Assembly: GCA_051530055.1 (NCBI GenBank)
Contig: JBMGUZ010000008.1
Location: forward strand, 1 to 64,000
DNA length: 64,000 bases
DNA from: Neoechinorhynchus agilis
Lineage: Eukaryota > Animalia > Acanthocephala
Direction of reading: 5' to 3'
Position numbers and translations under genes: made by a program. Position 1 is the first letter of the stretch, and every line of letters begins with the position of its first letter. The notes below the pieces were generated by a model. That model worked only from the letters and a program-made list of their open reading frames with translations, did no database searches and was not told the DNA's origin. Shown piece by piece: positions 23,050-35,384 of this stretch.

Positions 23050-23720
23050 TAAGCATTTAATTTTATTGAAACCGTTTTGTCGTCATTGAACGAAGGAGAA
23101 GATTTGAATTCAGCCCCCACAGCTGCAATGCAAATATGGACGCTAATTTTGAACCTGCGGAATCGCAAACAATTCCAACAAGCACTACGTCGGTCGCTCA
23201 AGTGATTCTTTAACAAATAGTTCAAAGGCCTCAATCTTATAATTCTAACTTAAATTATGAACGAAATAGTAGGAAAAGAAGCGCTAAAGACGACGATGAT
23301 AGTTTCACCAATATGCTAAAATGTTAATTGTGCCAAAAAAATCAATAGTATCAATACTCTCAGTGTGCATTTCGGACCATTGCATCTTAATGGGCGATAC
23401 AAAAGCAATCGGGAGAATAGCTATAAAATATTCAATGAAAAGCTATCTTGTGAACGTCATAATATGAATCCAAAAGACGATATCCATGTAGATTCTCCCA
23501 AGCTCAGGGCAGAAATGTAGTATCGAAATATAATTACACCGATGAACAAATCAACATCTAAGGAGGAATTGGATAAGCTTATTGAGATTAAATTGCTTGA
23601 GGTTTATCGATTGTCGAAAAAAGTCCAGGAGATCAAGTGATGCAAAAGATGAATGTCAAATTCAAGAGTAAAGTAACTATCAAAAAGAAAGTGTCCCTTC
23701 CAATGAATAAAAGTATCAAT
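23050..23720. mobile_element. Highly degenerate LINE ORF1 (gag-like) remnants
   Basis: Minus strand CWNCLRF...HIC (knuckle-like, about 23100-23200). Plus strand ITPMNKSTSKEELDKLIEIKLLEVYRLSKK (I/Jockey ORF1-like, about 23530-23630). Confidence 0.3.
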
Positions 23721-24418
23721 AAAAATCAATAAGCTGTAGATTCTATTTCTTGATAAAAAAACAGCAATTGACATGTCTTAATGACAACATTTTTCCTTCT
23801 GCAATATTAAAAAGCACATTATAAATATTGATTACGCACTGAACTAATGACGTTCCTTGATCGATTTGGTATTGAGAAATATTATAGTTCTTAATAATCT
23901 TTGCAGTTATTTGCGTGGTGTCGATAAATCTTCTTCTAACTGAGATAATTATTTATGCCTTAAGGTAGTTTGATACAATGAAGTAAATGAAAATCCAACA
24001 TAAATATTTAAAACTAAAATAATAAACGAACCACGAAGCTATGATTTAACTTGCTTGTAAAGCTGGTAGCAAGCACGAAAATGTATCATTCAAAACTTTT
24101 TTTCGTTTTTGGCGTTATTTGAGTTATTCTTGGAATTTCTGAGTTGCCCATAAAATGCACTATCATTCCAAATATTTGTGTCGAGGTACGACTTGCAAAT
24201 ATTTATTTGTTTGTCCTTATCATCTTTCAACGCTATATATTTTTACTGGCTTTGTAGCAAGCATCGCCACCATAATATAATGCCCGAGAGTTTATAAACG
24301 TTTACGCCACCGTTCTGGATAACTTAGCTGCCGTCCTGGCGCAATGGTCGAATGAACGAATCACAATTGCTTCTGCACTGGATATTCTTCGCTGCCATCA
24401 GATGATTGGTCGATTTCT

Positions 24419-25010
24419 CTATTTGCACCGCTGCTGAAAAGTTCTCCAATCATAATCGCGGCATTTCTTAGTATCGTGGGACCAATCGGTATGTTTATCG
24501 TCTTCCTCCTTTTGTTTCATTAGTCTTATCCACGAAATATGTGTCCGTTCGTAGCTTCTGGGAGTAGATAAAGCGTCTGGTGGCTTCAACTCAGTAACTT
24601 CAATATATTTTCCGTCGTATTTCTCGGACGAAGAGAGCATTTTTCCCAACTGTCTTCGAATCTTATATTTTGGTCGATTTTGTTTTTATATACTCGTACT
24701 GACCGCATTTTTCCTTCTATAGTTCCATCGGAATAGTTGCCAGTCTTTTGAACTGCAATCGATAGCGGTTGAAGTTTCAGCGATAACAACGTAATCGATA
24801 TAACTTGATGGTATGGTTCGATGTGTTTGGTCATCACAATTATCCATTCCTGACCAGTCATTACTGGAATCGCTATGCAAATCTTCTAATGAGTTTTCAT
24901 CTGCAATGTCTTCTTGGTCGTCGTCTAAAAATATTATATTAATTTTTATTTAAAGCATATTTTAAACTTACCTGTTGTATTTGGAATTGGTTTTCTTGCA
25001 CAATCTATGA
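24419..25010 (-). CDS. Putative spliced gene of unknown function (acidic region); 5' end not found
   Basis: Phase-compatible short introns 24925-24971 (gtaagt...tttttag, 47 nt) and 24662-24703 (gtcagt...ag, 42 nt) join open frames DDDQEDIADENSLED...WNYRRKNA and IRRQLGKML...QQRCK*. Confidence 0.35.
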
Positions 25011-25446
25011 ATTCGGCTTTTTAATTGTAATAGTACGACTTTTATCACACACACGAATGATATAGTCAAAATACATTTCGAGATTTATCTTTGAATTTAA
25101 TATTAGATTGTGAATATATTCTCAATTGATGCTTAATTCCAATCACTATTTCAAGTCCGCTAAAAAATCTGATGATCGCACAATTCTCGGCTCGATCGGT
25201 TATGAGAGATTCATGTTGACTAAGTGAATACATCGTTTCCGTGTGGAAGTATTAGAAAACGAGGAATATTACAGGTTTGATTGTTTACCAAGAAGAAGAT
25301 TTACAATTTTTCGGGAATTTCAAAATCGCTCTAATCTAGCTTTTAAATGCGACAGCGAAGTCCGATAATTCATATCGGTTAATGCTAGTTAAAAACGAGT
25401 GTAGTTTTAAAGAGAATCGGCTGGCTTCCTTTGTTTACATACGTTT

Positions 25447-25855
25447 GTGACGAACCGTGGCACTACAGATCATCTTCCTCAGACTTTGCTTGATGGGGAG
25501 ATTGTGGAGGATGTCGTGGGTGGTACACAGATTCCTAGATTCCTTAAATTTGACATCCTGGCATTCAACGGGCATTCTGCCTCTAAGGAACTGAATTATG
25601 ACAAACAATTGGAACTCAGTTGGAGGGAGATTATGGAGCCTCGTTGTCGTGCTATTATCGAACACAAAACTATAGACCGAAATCGAGAGTCTTTTCGGAT
25701 TCAAAAGAAGGATTTTTTACGACCTCAGTTTCTCTAAACAAATTTTGAATGAAATGTTCCAAAATGACCTCCCCCTTCAAGCAGACGGTCTTATATTTCA
25801 GCCCGTTGATATGCCGTATATTTTTGGTACCTTTGACAAGCTGCTAAAATAAAGC
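25447..25855 (+). pseudogene. RNGTT: mRNA capping enzyme (guanylyltransferase domain) fragment, frameshifted and truncated
   Basis: HLPQTLLDGE, PRFLKFDI and REIMEPR; after a +1 shift in a T6 run, YDL...ADGLIFQPVDMPYIFG..DKLLK* (the KWK motif is destroyed). Colinear with the RNGTT motifs. Confidence 0.85.
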
Positions 25856-26519
25856 ATTAATTGGTAAATTTTAATTGTGTCTGGGTTTTAAATTTTCTTT
25901 TGCTGGTAGTAGTCCCAAAAGTTCATCGTGAAACGATCGTTCTTCTTAAATTAATAAAACGTGTTTATATTTATATAAGCAAGTCAATCGAATTGCCTTT
26001 GTGATTATGATTGAAAATATGCGTTTTTAAAGGCGCTAAGAGATAAACAAATGGCGAAGTAAAGGATAAAATATTATTATTTTTGATTGCACTAAGGATC
26101 AAGAATTCGACAAAATGTATGAGCGCGAATTTTTTAGTTAAAAGTTCTTTTTACAAATAGTTCATTAATTCTGACATTCATAAGTTTCCATTTTGGTTGG
26201 AGTAGTGATCACAAGGGGCAAAAGAGGTGAGTGAAGGTTTTTGTAAATTACGCCATTCAGCCAGCAATTTAATTCAAAATATCCATAAAGTAGTAAGAAA
26301 TCCGATGTTTTTCAATATTAGTGATAACCATAAGACTCTTAATGATGATCATGGAATCTAGTAACCATGAAGGGGTTACGAAAAAGTGTTCATGGCATGG
26401 ACATCCTGTTATTTAGGACTATTTCACACGAGTTAGCCGTTGATATATAAAGACAATCTCTTACTTATCTATAAAAGAAGTACCATTATTAAATCTTTTC
26501 TACAGAGAGAAGGTTCTTT

Positions 26520-27215
26520 CAAAATGATATAAACTACCTCGGTAATTGATTCAATTTGTTATTTAGGTCTTCACCAGATAGAGAATATTTTATTGCGGAC
26601 GTTTCGTACCTCTTCGGTTTCATCATCAGTTCCACAAACAAGGGGTACATTGGTTGTTCTTGTTAAACGCAACATTCGACGCTGCTGCCCTTCTCTGCAT
26701 CTTGGTCCGCGTGTGTTCAGCCAATCTCGTCTTAAAATTCCGACTTGTCTGACCGATGAATTTGCGCCCTCTTTTCTGTCTCCTTGTATTTTCGGGAAAT
26801 TAGATTTTCTATCCTCATGAAGGGTCGAAAGTAAAATTCGCATTTTAATTTCATACCGCTGCTAGTGATTGTCTTCGAGATTTTGTGTCGATAAATGTTG
26901 GTCTGTGAACAACTTTCCGTCAATCCAATTCGCATTTCTGTTCGATTCGGAATCACAGTCGTTTCGCTTCGACTGGTTTATCTCCCGTGGCCTTTCTTAG
27001 ATATCCCAACTTGCTAAAAATTCGCTCCTACCGCTAGAGTTCGTATCTGAGGCATTTCACACTGCAGAGGCTGAAGGTTGGACGCACAATGCCACTGAGG
27101 ATGCCCTTTTTTGTTCTTGTTATGGGCACTAACCCAAAGTGAATAATTGTTCATTTCCGTGGACTTTTTATAAACTGAAGTGATCATTGGTGTACCCAGA
27201 AATGGTAATCCCCTA
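26520..27215 (-). mobile_element. Penelope-like element remnant (RT C-terminus plus GIY-YIG endonuclease)
   Basis: LPFLG...TSVYKKST...SAH; KGILSGIV...LCS...EL...FSKLGY; FIGQTSRNFKTRLAEH (26713-26760). Multiple stops and frameshifts. Confidence 0.8.
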
Positions 27216-27413
27216 TTCAGGTCAGGCCTAGTTCAAAAATAACGATTGAAAGTCTCGAAGAAGTTTGCGATTGCGGACTGGTTGCTGAGCAATGAGAAGC
27301 ACAAATGAAAGTATCACAAAGTTCGATTGGTCGAAATAATTTCTTGGATAATGAGGTGGGATAATTTCGTCTATTTGAAATTAGAATCTTTTATTAACCA
27401 AAATTGATTTAGT

Positions 27414-27737
27414 GACGGCAATGATGCACCAGAGGATGTGCGCCAGGAATGCGAATTCTGCAAACGAGTATTTCTTAAATCGTCTTTGGTTATTCACAGT
27501 GGGCCATGTAGTCGCAGAATGGAGCGAGCGCGGGAGCAATTTAAATCTAGCAAACAAAGGAATATTTTGGTTGGAAAGGGTGTATTAAGTTCCTTTGATC
27601 GAAGGCCAACAAATGTTCGCTTGGACGCTCCAGATTGGAGAAGTTCTAGAATGGATTTTATGAAATTTATTTTGGAGAAGAAGGCTTCTGTAAGGAGCGT
27701 TCCGTTGAACGAAGAAAACGAAAGCGCTACGAAATAG
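27414..27737 (+). CDS. zf-C2HC (ZC2HC1-like) zinc-finger protein, last exon; 5' end uncertain
   Basis: CEFCKRVF...LVIH...C....R..F.SSKQR and downstream WRSSRMDFMKFI match the ZC2HC1-family pattern. An atttag acceptor lies at 27412. Confidence 0.6.
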   Translation, partial: DGNDAPEDVRQECEFCKRVFLKSSLVIHSGPCSRRMERAREQFKSSKQRNILVGKGVLSSFDRRPTNVRLDAPDWRSSRMDFMKFILEKKASVRSVPLNEENESATK

Positions 27738-28089
27738 ATTTTCGATTTTGTTTTAATTGTTAGTCAGGAAATTAAACTATATTCTAGTGTTTGTTTGTGA
27801 CAATTGGACAAAGGAATGCGAACACTTCCATGATTTTATCGACGCTTAGTAAAAGCGGTCGTTTTAGGCTTTTCCAGAAATCCTAAAAATTTGTTCTCAA
27901 CAAGCAGATTAGCGAGTGTCCCGTATGTTAGCTACTTTTTTTATAAAAAGTGCGATTTCTGGTCTTCAATATTCTAAATTAAATGTTTCTTTTGCTCTGA
28001 GTTGTGCCATATTGATCAATAAAATAGTCAGCGGAACTAAATTAATACGTGTTACAATTTCGAGCAGCTTTAATGTTTATATACTCAAA

Positions 28090-28290
28090 GGCTGCCAAGT
28101 GTCCCATCCTTCCACATTTGAAACACTTTGTATTTTGGCCCAGCAGATATTTCCAGTAACATGCTGTCTTGCGCAGCGTTTTCATTTTCTTTTAAATCCC
28201 AATTTGCTTTATCATCATCTCCATTAATTCTTGCTGTTTCTCCATGAGACATAGCAGCAGCGTTAAATACAGCCTCGTGGATCTTACCCT
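28090..28290 (-). mobile_element. Gag remnant with degenerate CCHC knuckle
   Basis: Coiled-coil-like LMEKQQELMEMMIKQ followed by KCFKCGRMGHLAA, with stops. Confidence 0.45.
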
Positions 28291-28929
28291 CGTCGACGAT
28301 TCATAGTTGAAAAAACTTGCAAGCAATAGACCGAAGAAGGCCTACGCCAATGTCGGAAATTATCAAATAAATCAATTATTATAATTTGCTATAAAAAGTA
28401 AATGATGAACATCTTTACTATAAGTTATGTCTTCTGATGGTTGAATGTTAACACTTTTAATTTGCCAAACAACGACCCCTCCCTGCACAAGGCCGAAACT
28501 TGCCATTTAAGGTCTAACATAAAGATTGGAACATGACCAGCATTCTTTACTCGGCTATTCATCGGCATCTTATTTGTCTGCGTTTTTTTATTTATTTATT
28601 TCACATGCATACTGTTGTACTGGTATACAGATAAAATTAATTGCTTGAGAGTTCGACTCTATTGAGTCCCAAATGAAAAATAGGAGACTAAAGGATAGTA
28701 GGAGCTGAGTTTGAGCGATCTCTAAGCTCCTCAATACCCATACTCTCCCTCTTTTACTAAAAATTACTTTTGAGAATCAAACATACATTTATTTTTGTCT
28801 TTTTCAGTCATTTTGCAAAATCAGACTAATAAATTATTAAAAATATCACCCCCTAAAATTGTTTTCCTTACTAAGTGTGGAATCTCTAAAAGAGGTATTC
28901 TGTGAGCATGAAATCAGAAACAAGTTGCT

Positions 28930-30410
28930 GTAGTCCAATATATATTTCAAAAGCGGACTACTAGAGCGGAAAAAATAAACCTTAGAAAAATTCTATAAAG
29001 TGCTGAGAGGAAAGTAGAGCTAAAATTAAATTGTCGACAAATCGTTTGTAATTTATTTCTGCATTTATTAAAAAAGAACATTCTAAGTTCTAGGGGACGT
29101 CCTCGTGCAAAAAAGCAAATCAATCCGCTAATAAATGTTAATAATACGTTGTACATGACTGCGGGGTCCAATTGAAACTTGAGATGTTTTTTAGAATTCG
29201 TCTGATAGAGTGAAAGTATTTTGGAATAGAATTTCTCTTCAACAAATCACTCATTAATTTATGTTCAATTTCTCGTTCAAGGACCGAGATTGTAGGGTTT
29301 TGTATTGTAATAATTCAAATATGGGAGGCATTAGTGATTTTAGTTTCGTTTTTCGAGATGAAGATATTCTTTACAACATGTAGTTCTATTAATTCATCAA
29401 TGTTGATTTTGCCATTAAAGTGTTTTAAAAATAGCAATTTGTTCTTTTCATTCACACTAAGTGAATAATATAAAAAGTGAAACTGCATAATTATTATTTG
29501 CAAGGGATGAATTATATTTCCAAGCCTTTAGTAACTCTTCTTCACTCAAATTCCAACTAAAATTTTTGTTGCTGAGGTGATTCCTACTCTCCGGGCAATA
29601 AAGATATTGATTTATTGCGATATTTTGCTAGGGGGAATTGGAGGTTTAATAAATGCATTAAAGGTATGAGCGTTAAGAATAGATTTAACGACCAAAGGAT
29701 AAGATACCGAGCCAACCCAATTTGCAGCTTTAGCTTTCCAGCTGATGGATTTCTTTTTTAAAATAATGTTCCAGCCGGGTTTAGAGTAGGCTTCACATAA
29801 AAAAGAGCTTTCTTGTCCATTTCCCATTCCTCGTTATATAATATAATGTAAAATTGCCACATATAATATTTGTACATTTCTGTCATGTTACAAAGATTTG
29901 CGATTGGAGCTTAATTGTAGATCAAATTAGCATTTTTAGAATTGAATTCTATACGTATAAAAGCTTTCTTTACCAAGCATGAGTTAGCAGAGTCTAAGAT
30001 AATTTTAATAGGGTAATTTGTTCATTAAATTTTCTAAGAGAGAAATCAGATAAATCAATACAACCGTGTCCCATTAATTGTTGAGACTGGATTTGTAGAG
30101 TGGGGTAGAAAGTCAATTGAATAGAAATTTCTCAATGAATAAACAATCTAAAAAATAATGGGAATCTTTCCGGTAATTGTGAAAAGACGGAAATTTCGGT
30201 AATACCGGATTATGAAATTGGAATAGTTTAAAAAATGCGGTTAAAAAATTTGAGTTAATATCTCCTCCAACCACGACTTGATTCCATACCTGAATCTTAT
30301 TGGCGTATGATTTTAAAAATAAAGAGATTTTTTGAGGTGCAACATAAAAATTCGCAATGATCAAGTGCATTCCTAGAGAAAGAAAGTGTGAATAAAAGGG
30401 ATTGATCATC
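28930..30410 (-). mobile_element. Degenerate APE-type LINE (endonuclease plus RT remnant)
   Basis: IIANFYVAP...VVVGGDIN...SHYFLDCLF (APE motifs) and RRVGITSATKIL (RPISLL..K-like RT motif). Heavily decayed. Confidence 0.55.
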
Positions 30411-30785
30411 GATAGAACTTGATAGGCAAAATCACCGTTCTCTTTTTGTATGAGAAGTTTCGGTTTCCATTTTCTTAAGATAACATTGTAAGCCTCCAGA
30501 GAAGCCGATTACAGATTTCCCTGTATGTTGAGATGGAGTTAGAAAGCATCGTGAGAATCTCCGGAGATCAACAATCTCGTACCAATCTCTTGTAAAAAAT
30601 AGTTCCGAGATTTTAAGAACAGTGTGAGAGGGTAGCGTGAAAGCATTTGATAAGTTGTAATTAGCTATAGAGACGTTCTTCGTATAACTACGTGAACCCT
30701 CCATTTCTTTTTTCCGTGAATTCCGTGGAGATCGCTTGACGGTCATCACCAATTTTATGTGTTTGGCTAACCTCCTAAACTTTCA

Positions 30786-31459
30786 TTGGTCAGGAGGACG
30801 ATCGACTCTATTAATGATGAGCGTCAACCAAAAGATTTCAACACCTCCATCTTTATGCTCGCCGATCTTCAGGCGTATTTGTTCTCTAAATTAATTCAGG
30901 CTCAGTATAGTAATCTTTCAGTTAAGGTTTCGTCGGATGAGTACTACTTAGTAACGACTTCGAATGTTAAATGTGATTGGGCTAAGCTGTCTTCATTTTC
31001 ATTAAATCCTAAATCGGAATTTGCAGTGCCATTTTTTGGATGTCATCGGGGACTGGTTATCTTGTCGTCTACCTTCAGTGAGAAAGTTCGTTGATGACTT
31101 GGATGAACTAGACTTGATTAATCCGTCGTTTTGTTTACAACAGCGAATATTCCACCAGAAGTAGCATGGCTAAGATACTCTGAATTCATGTCTAAACTTT
31201 CTTCGGCTAAAATGATACAACGAACAAGTCTTGAAGCTCGAACTGAAATGATCAGTCATTTTGAGAAGCTTTGCGTTTCTTATCAATTCATATTTGCGAT
31301 AATTAAAACCTTCGCTGACTCGCAGATTCTTTATTATTTGCTTCAAATCCGAAATTTAAATTCTGTGAGGATGGTAATTTCGGCATTTGGTTGCCCGTCG
31401 GTATTTAGACTGCGAGCAACGTGGAAAACATTTAAGGGTGTTAATCGGAATAAATACAG
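30786..31459 (+). CDS. RasGEF (CDC25-like) catalytic-domain exons; gene boundaries uncertain
   Basis: Phase-compatible introns 31078-31143 and 31275-31325, and a gtaagt donor at 31460. Sequence ARTEMISHFEKLC...LLQIRNLNSVRMVISAFGCPSVFRLRATW matches R...I..F......L.NFNS...I.SAL....I.RL..TW. Confidence 0.65.
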
Positions 31460-32657
31460 GTAAGTGAAAATTACACCAGGGCGTTAGTTTGATTCGTTCA
31501 TTGAAGGCTGCAGGGGAACACACAGATAACTTTTAATGTCAAAAAGGATTGGCAGAATTGTAAGAACGTTCTAACACGGATGATTCTTTATATTTCAGGA
31601 CGGTGTCATATTCATTCGGAGATCTAATAGAATTCGAGTTGTGCTATATAAATATACTATTCGATAGCTGCTAAATATACGTAGAGCTGCTTTATTTCTA
31701 GGATAAAAAAGATTGAAAACGCACTTGTAGACAAAGGTTGAATTTTGATACAAATTCATTTAACCTTCATTTTGCACTATGCATCGAAGTCAATAAGAAG
31801 CATCTTGTTGTCAAAATTCAGACAAGAAATAAAACGAACAAGAAACAGTGATATGTTCAAAGATAAATCAAATTTGAAAAAAATGTTAGATGAGCGCTCA
31901 ATTCTCTTGAAGTACGTATTGGAGTTCCGGACGTGAGCCCAGTTTTGTATCATTAATTTTAAGGACAATGGCACGTTCATTTCTATTTACGATCCTTGTG
32001 TTTGCAATGCTGCAGTGCACCGTATATTTCAATGAAAAACTATTGTAATGGAAAATAAATGCTGAGATATTTACCTAATATCTCTATTTTCTCACCTAGT
32101 TTGTTCTCGTAAATAGGATATTAGCTTCTCTCGAAAATACGACCGTTTGGGTAAAGCTAGAACTGACGAGGTTCACGATCTTCTTCCAAGAACGTGGTTA
32201 TCGATTATTTATGTAGTGCTGCTATTTGAACGGATTTTTCACTGTTAACATATAATTATTTGCGGGAAAGTAATTGGTGCACCATCGCGAAAAACCAATA
32301 AACATTTATTATTTTCCAATCGGAACACCAGAATTAAATGCTGGAAATGTCAGAAATGAAGGCAAAAACTTTAAGAGATTTTTAAGATGTCGATGGATTC
32401 TCTTCTGGCAGCCCTTTATCTTGCAAAGAGACGAAATGTATTTGTGAAATAGGTCGCTACATTGATTGCATTTTATGGGGACTTTCATTATTACATTTTA
32501 ACAAAATGTAATTTAAATCATATTTTTGCATTTGAGTTCACTATTGTAATTTTGCGCCCGGTACACATTTTGAACAAATATAAATCTACTTTAGGCGTAA
32601 TTGAGTAAATATAATCAATAAACGAAGACGACATTATGTTTGTATAAAACGTTAGAT

Positions 32658-34200
32658 CATTCACACCACCGTGGTTCAATTATCCATTATTTATCAAAAA
32701 AATGGCCGAATGAGCGCTGTTTCGTCGATGCAAAATTGCGCTCCTTTCATCTAACAGATCAACTTTAATTCGGACATGTACAGTTTAAGGTTTGTACCTA
32801 CTATCCCCTCCCTGAGTGATTGTGAGGTTTTCAGTGATTGTGCACAAGTTTCCCAAGGGGATCAAATGTAACATTCTATTGACGCATCAAAGTTTAAGCG
32901 TCCGGTTAGAAAAGAAGACTTTGTTATTAAAATTCCCAAAGAAGCCATGAGTACTAAATCCCCCTCGCATTTTTCGCGTAATTACTACGAGAAGTACCTA
33001 CAGCCTAGTGGTCGAGAGAAGTCGATGAATTTTCTGATTAAGAGGTTCTCGGTGACTAAATTCCACATTCTATTTGTCTTCTTCGACGTGGCAGGCAAAG
33101 ACCTCTTTTCTAAGATGTTGGGGGAGTTAAGCATACAGTCTATTGGCCTTTCCCGTAGAGTCACCTTTCTTATGAAGAATCCTCCTCAAGACTTGGATTC
33201 TGCTGACTCGCAAAATTGAGGATGAGTTAGAAATTAAACTGGTCAAATATTTATTTAGACCAAATGCCACTTCCGCCTACGCCATCCTATGTTCAGCCAC
33301 TATCAATGTCGCCGAGAGTTTGGCTAACTCCGGCAGGGGCTTCTTTTCATACTGGGTCACTTTCGACCGATATAAGGACTTTCTCTATGACTATAATTTG
33401 ATAATCTGTCAGAAGTGTTCTAGATGGGGGCACCACGAATCGGACTGTGTATTTCCCTCCAGATGCATCTTTTGTGCACGTCCTCACCACAAATCATCCT
33501 GCTCTCACTCCGATTCTGCCAATTGTGGCAAGAGTCATCCGGCCTTTGCGCGTTCTTGCAAGTTCGCGCAAAAATACTTTGACGATTCCTTATCATCGAA
33601 GCCGCGGGTCTACTATAATAAAAATAATAGAGAAATCTATCCTCACAAAACTCCTCTCTCTCCGGACGGCTTTTCCTCAAAGGAGTTGAAGACTCAATCT
33701 TCCTATAATGGTCACAACTCTAAGCTTCCCCCTAAACCTCCGGAAAAATCTTTTTTGATAGTTTAGTATCTTCCCGCTCGACTTCTCCACTTGGTACCGG
33801 TAAAGAAGTCTCTTTTCTTAAGGACATCCCCACTTGGATTCTTTACAAACTTGATAATTGTTCTGTATCGGACTCTTCCTCTAACACATCATCTATATTA
33901 CCTAACCTAAACTCTCTAAAAAATGGATTGATTGTGAACATTCTAAAAGGAATATTTCCCCATCTTCACGTAACTTGGAATCTATTGATTCCAAACGTCC
34001 TAAATTTACTTAATGACTTGTGCCAATTCTAAAGGACTTTCCTTTCTCTTTCATCACATATAATGCCTCTAGGGCTTCGCGTCTTCCCGTTTTTCTTACT
34101 CCTTGTATATTTGATAATTATGTTAACATGTTATGTTTTCAAGAAACCGGCTTATCTAAATTGTTTCTTTTCGATAATTATGATTCTTATATTCTTCTCC
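32658..34200 (+). mobile_element. 5' part of an I/Jockey/R1-type LINE: ORF1 with three zinc knuckles and start of the ORF2 APE domain
   Basis: CQKCSRWGHHESDC, CIFCARPHHKSSC and (S)ANCGKSHPAFARSC. Downstream ITYNA...MLCFQETG. Frameshifted; the 5' boundary is inferred from a CATTCACACCACCG motif. Confidence 0.7.
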
Positions 34201-34215
34201 CTTACCCGAGCGTTT

Positions 34216-34345
34216 CGACGCCAAAGGGAACAAAATAATGATTTCGACTCAGGTCCCGGTACTTTGTCCTTTTGCCTTCCTCCGTGGCGGTTGCTGTTTA
34301 ATGGTAGCGAATTTAATGTTGCTGGCTGCGAATGGCGCCAACTTC
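34216..34345 (-). mobile_element. Short CRE-clade restriction-like endonuclease fragment
   Basis: Clear homology to 34811-34945 (shared gacgccaaagggaac..aataatgatttcgactcaggtcccggta.tttgtc). Confidence 0.7.
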
Positions 34346-34708
34346 TATACGAATCTTAGCTAAAAATAATTCCGGTTCAGAGAAGAAATATTCAGACTTA
34401 CTAAAATTCACATCTAAAAGTTTTGACGAACCGAAACTACGCGAAGTGTTGTACAGTTTAACATCTCAGTATCATTCTGATTCTTGAAGAAAAATTCAAA
34501 AATACAAAATTGCTTAAATGAAATGATCCTTTCAAGTACAAACGGCTGCAAATATTAGGAAATCAGAAACGAAATACGATCTTTCGATCCATGTGAACAG
34601 AAACTTTTATTTTCACAGTCGTATTATCGCAAAAATTTGAATGATAAACTCGACCAAATCTTACCAACATTCACACCACCGCTCTGTATCACTCAGCTGC
34701 CGTCCTAT

Positions 34709-35265
34709 CGACCCGTTGCACAGCCATGCTTATGTTTTGTAGGAAGAATGCTCCTGATCTCTGATGGCCAGTGATTCCTCCGAGTGGCTATACCAAAGGA
34801 TCAGTGTCATGACGCCAAAGGGAACTAAATAATGATTTCGACTCAGGTCCCGGTATTTTGTCTTTTTGCGGTCCTCAGCGACGGCCGCTGCTACCCCTGG
34901 TTTAATAGTGGCGAATTTTGTGTCGCTGGCTACACGGGGTGACACGGTCCGGTCTACGACTATGGAGTCTGCAAAGATTGTTCGGCTCTAGGATGTTGGG
35001 CTCGCGAACTGCTAACTCTCGCATCTCCGTCTGTGAGCTTCGAAGAAACTCGTCCAGCCAGCGACCGATATGAGTTTCGGCGGTGGTCACGCTCCTGGGT
35101 ACACTCCTCACGTAGCTTGCATGCTGTCGAAAGGAATATAGTAAGGTCAGGGATCCCTCAGAAACATTATCCATCCACGACAACTCTGAGCTGGTCTCGA
35201 TGTAGTCTGTCAATAAGGAGATGAATCGCTTTGCGGCCTGATATCGCGCGCCCCAGCGGAAAACG
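34709..35265 (-). mobile_element. CRE-clade 3' fragment encoding the restriction-like endonuclease (internally deleted)
   Basis: LEPNNLCRLHSRRPDRVTP (PD motif), AAAVAEDRKKTKYRDL...VPFGV.TL, RSGAFFLQNISMAVQR. Confidence 0.78.
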
Positions 35266-35384
35266 ATAACCTAACAACTTAACCAACCAAAGTTGTAAAA
35301 AATGTACAAGATCCACTGATACCTAAGGTACAAGAATCAATGACTTGTGCTTCTTCTTTTAAATAAAACGTGTTTATTATACAA

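Noticed and set aside
27916-28227. 103-aa plus-strand ORF
   Set aside because: It overlaps a minus-strand gag knuckle remnant and has no features of its own.
30432-30752. 106-aa minus-strand ORF
   Set aside because: No homology recognised; it lies between a LINE remnant and the RasGEF exons on the other strand.
35266-35290. Telomere-like (TAACC) words beside the CRE fragment
   Set aside because: Only about 20 bp and degenerate; not distinguishable from chance.
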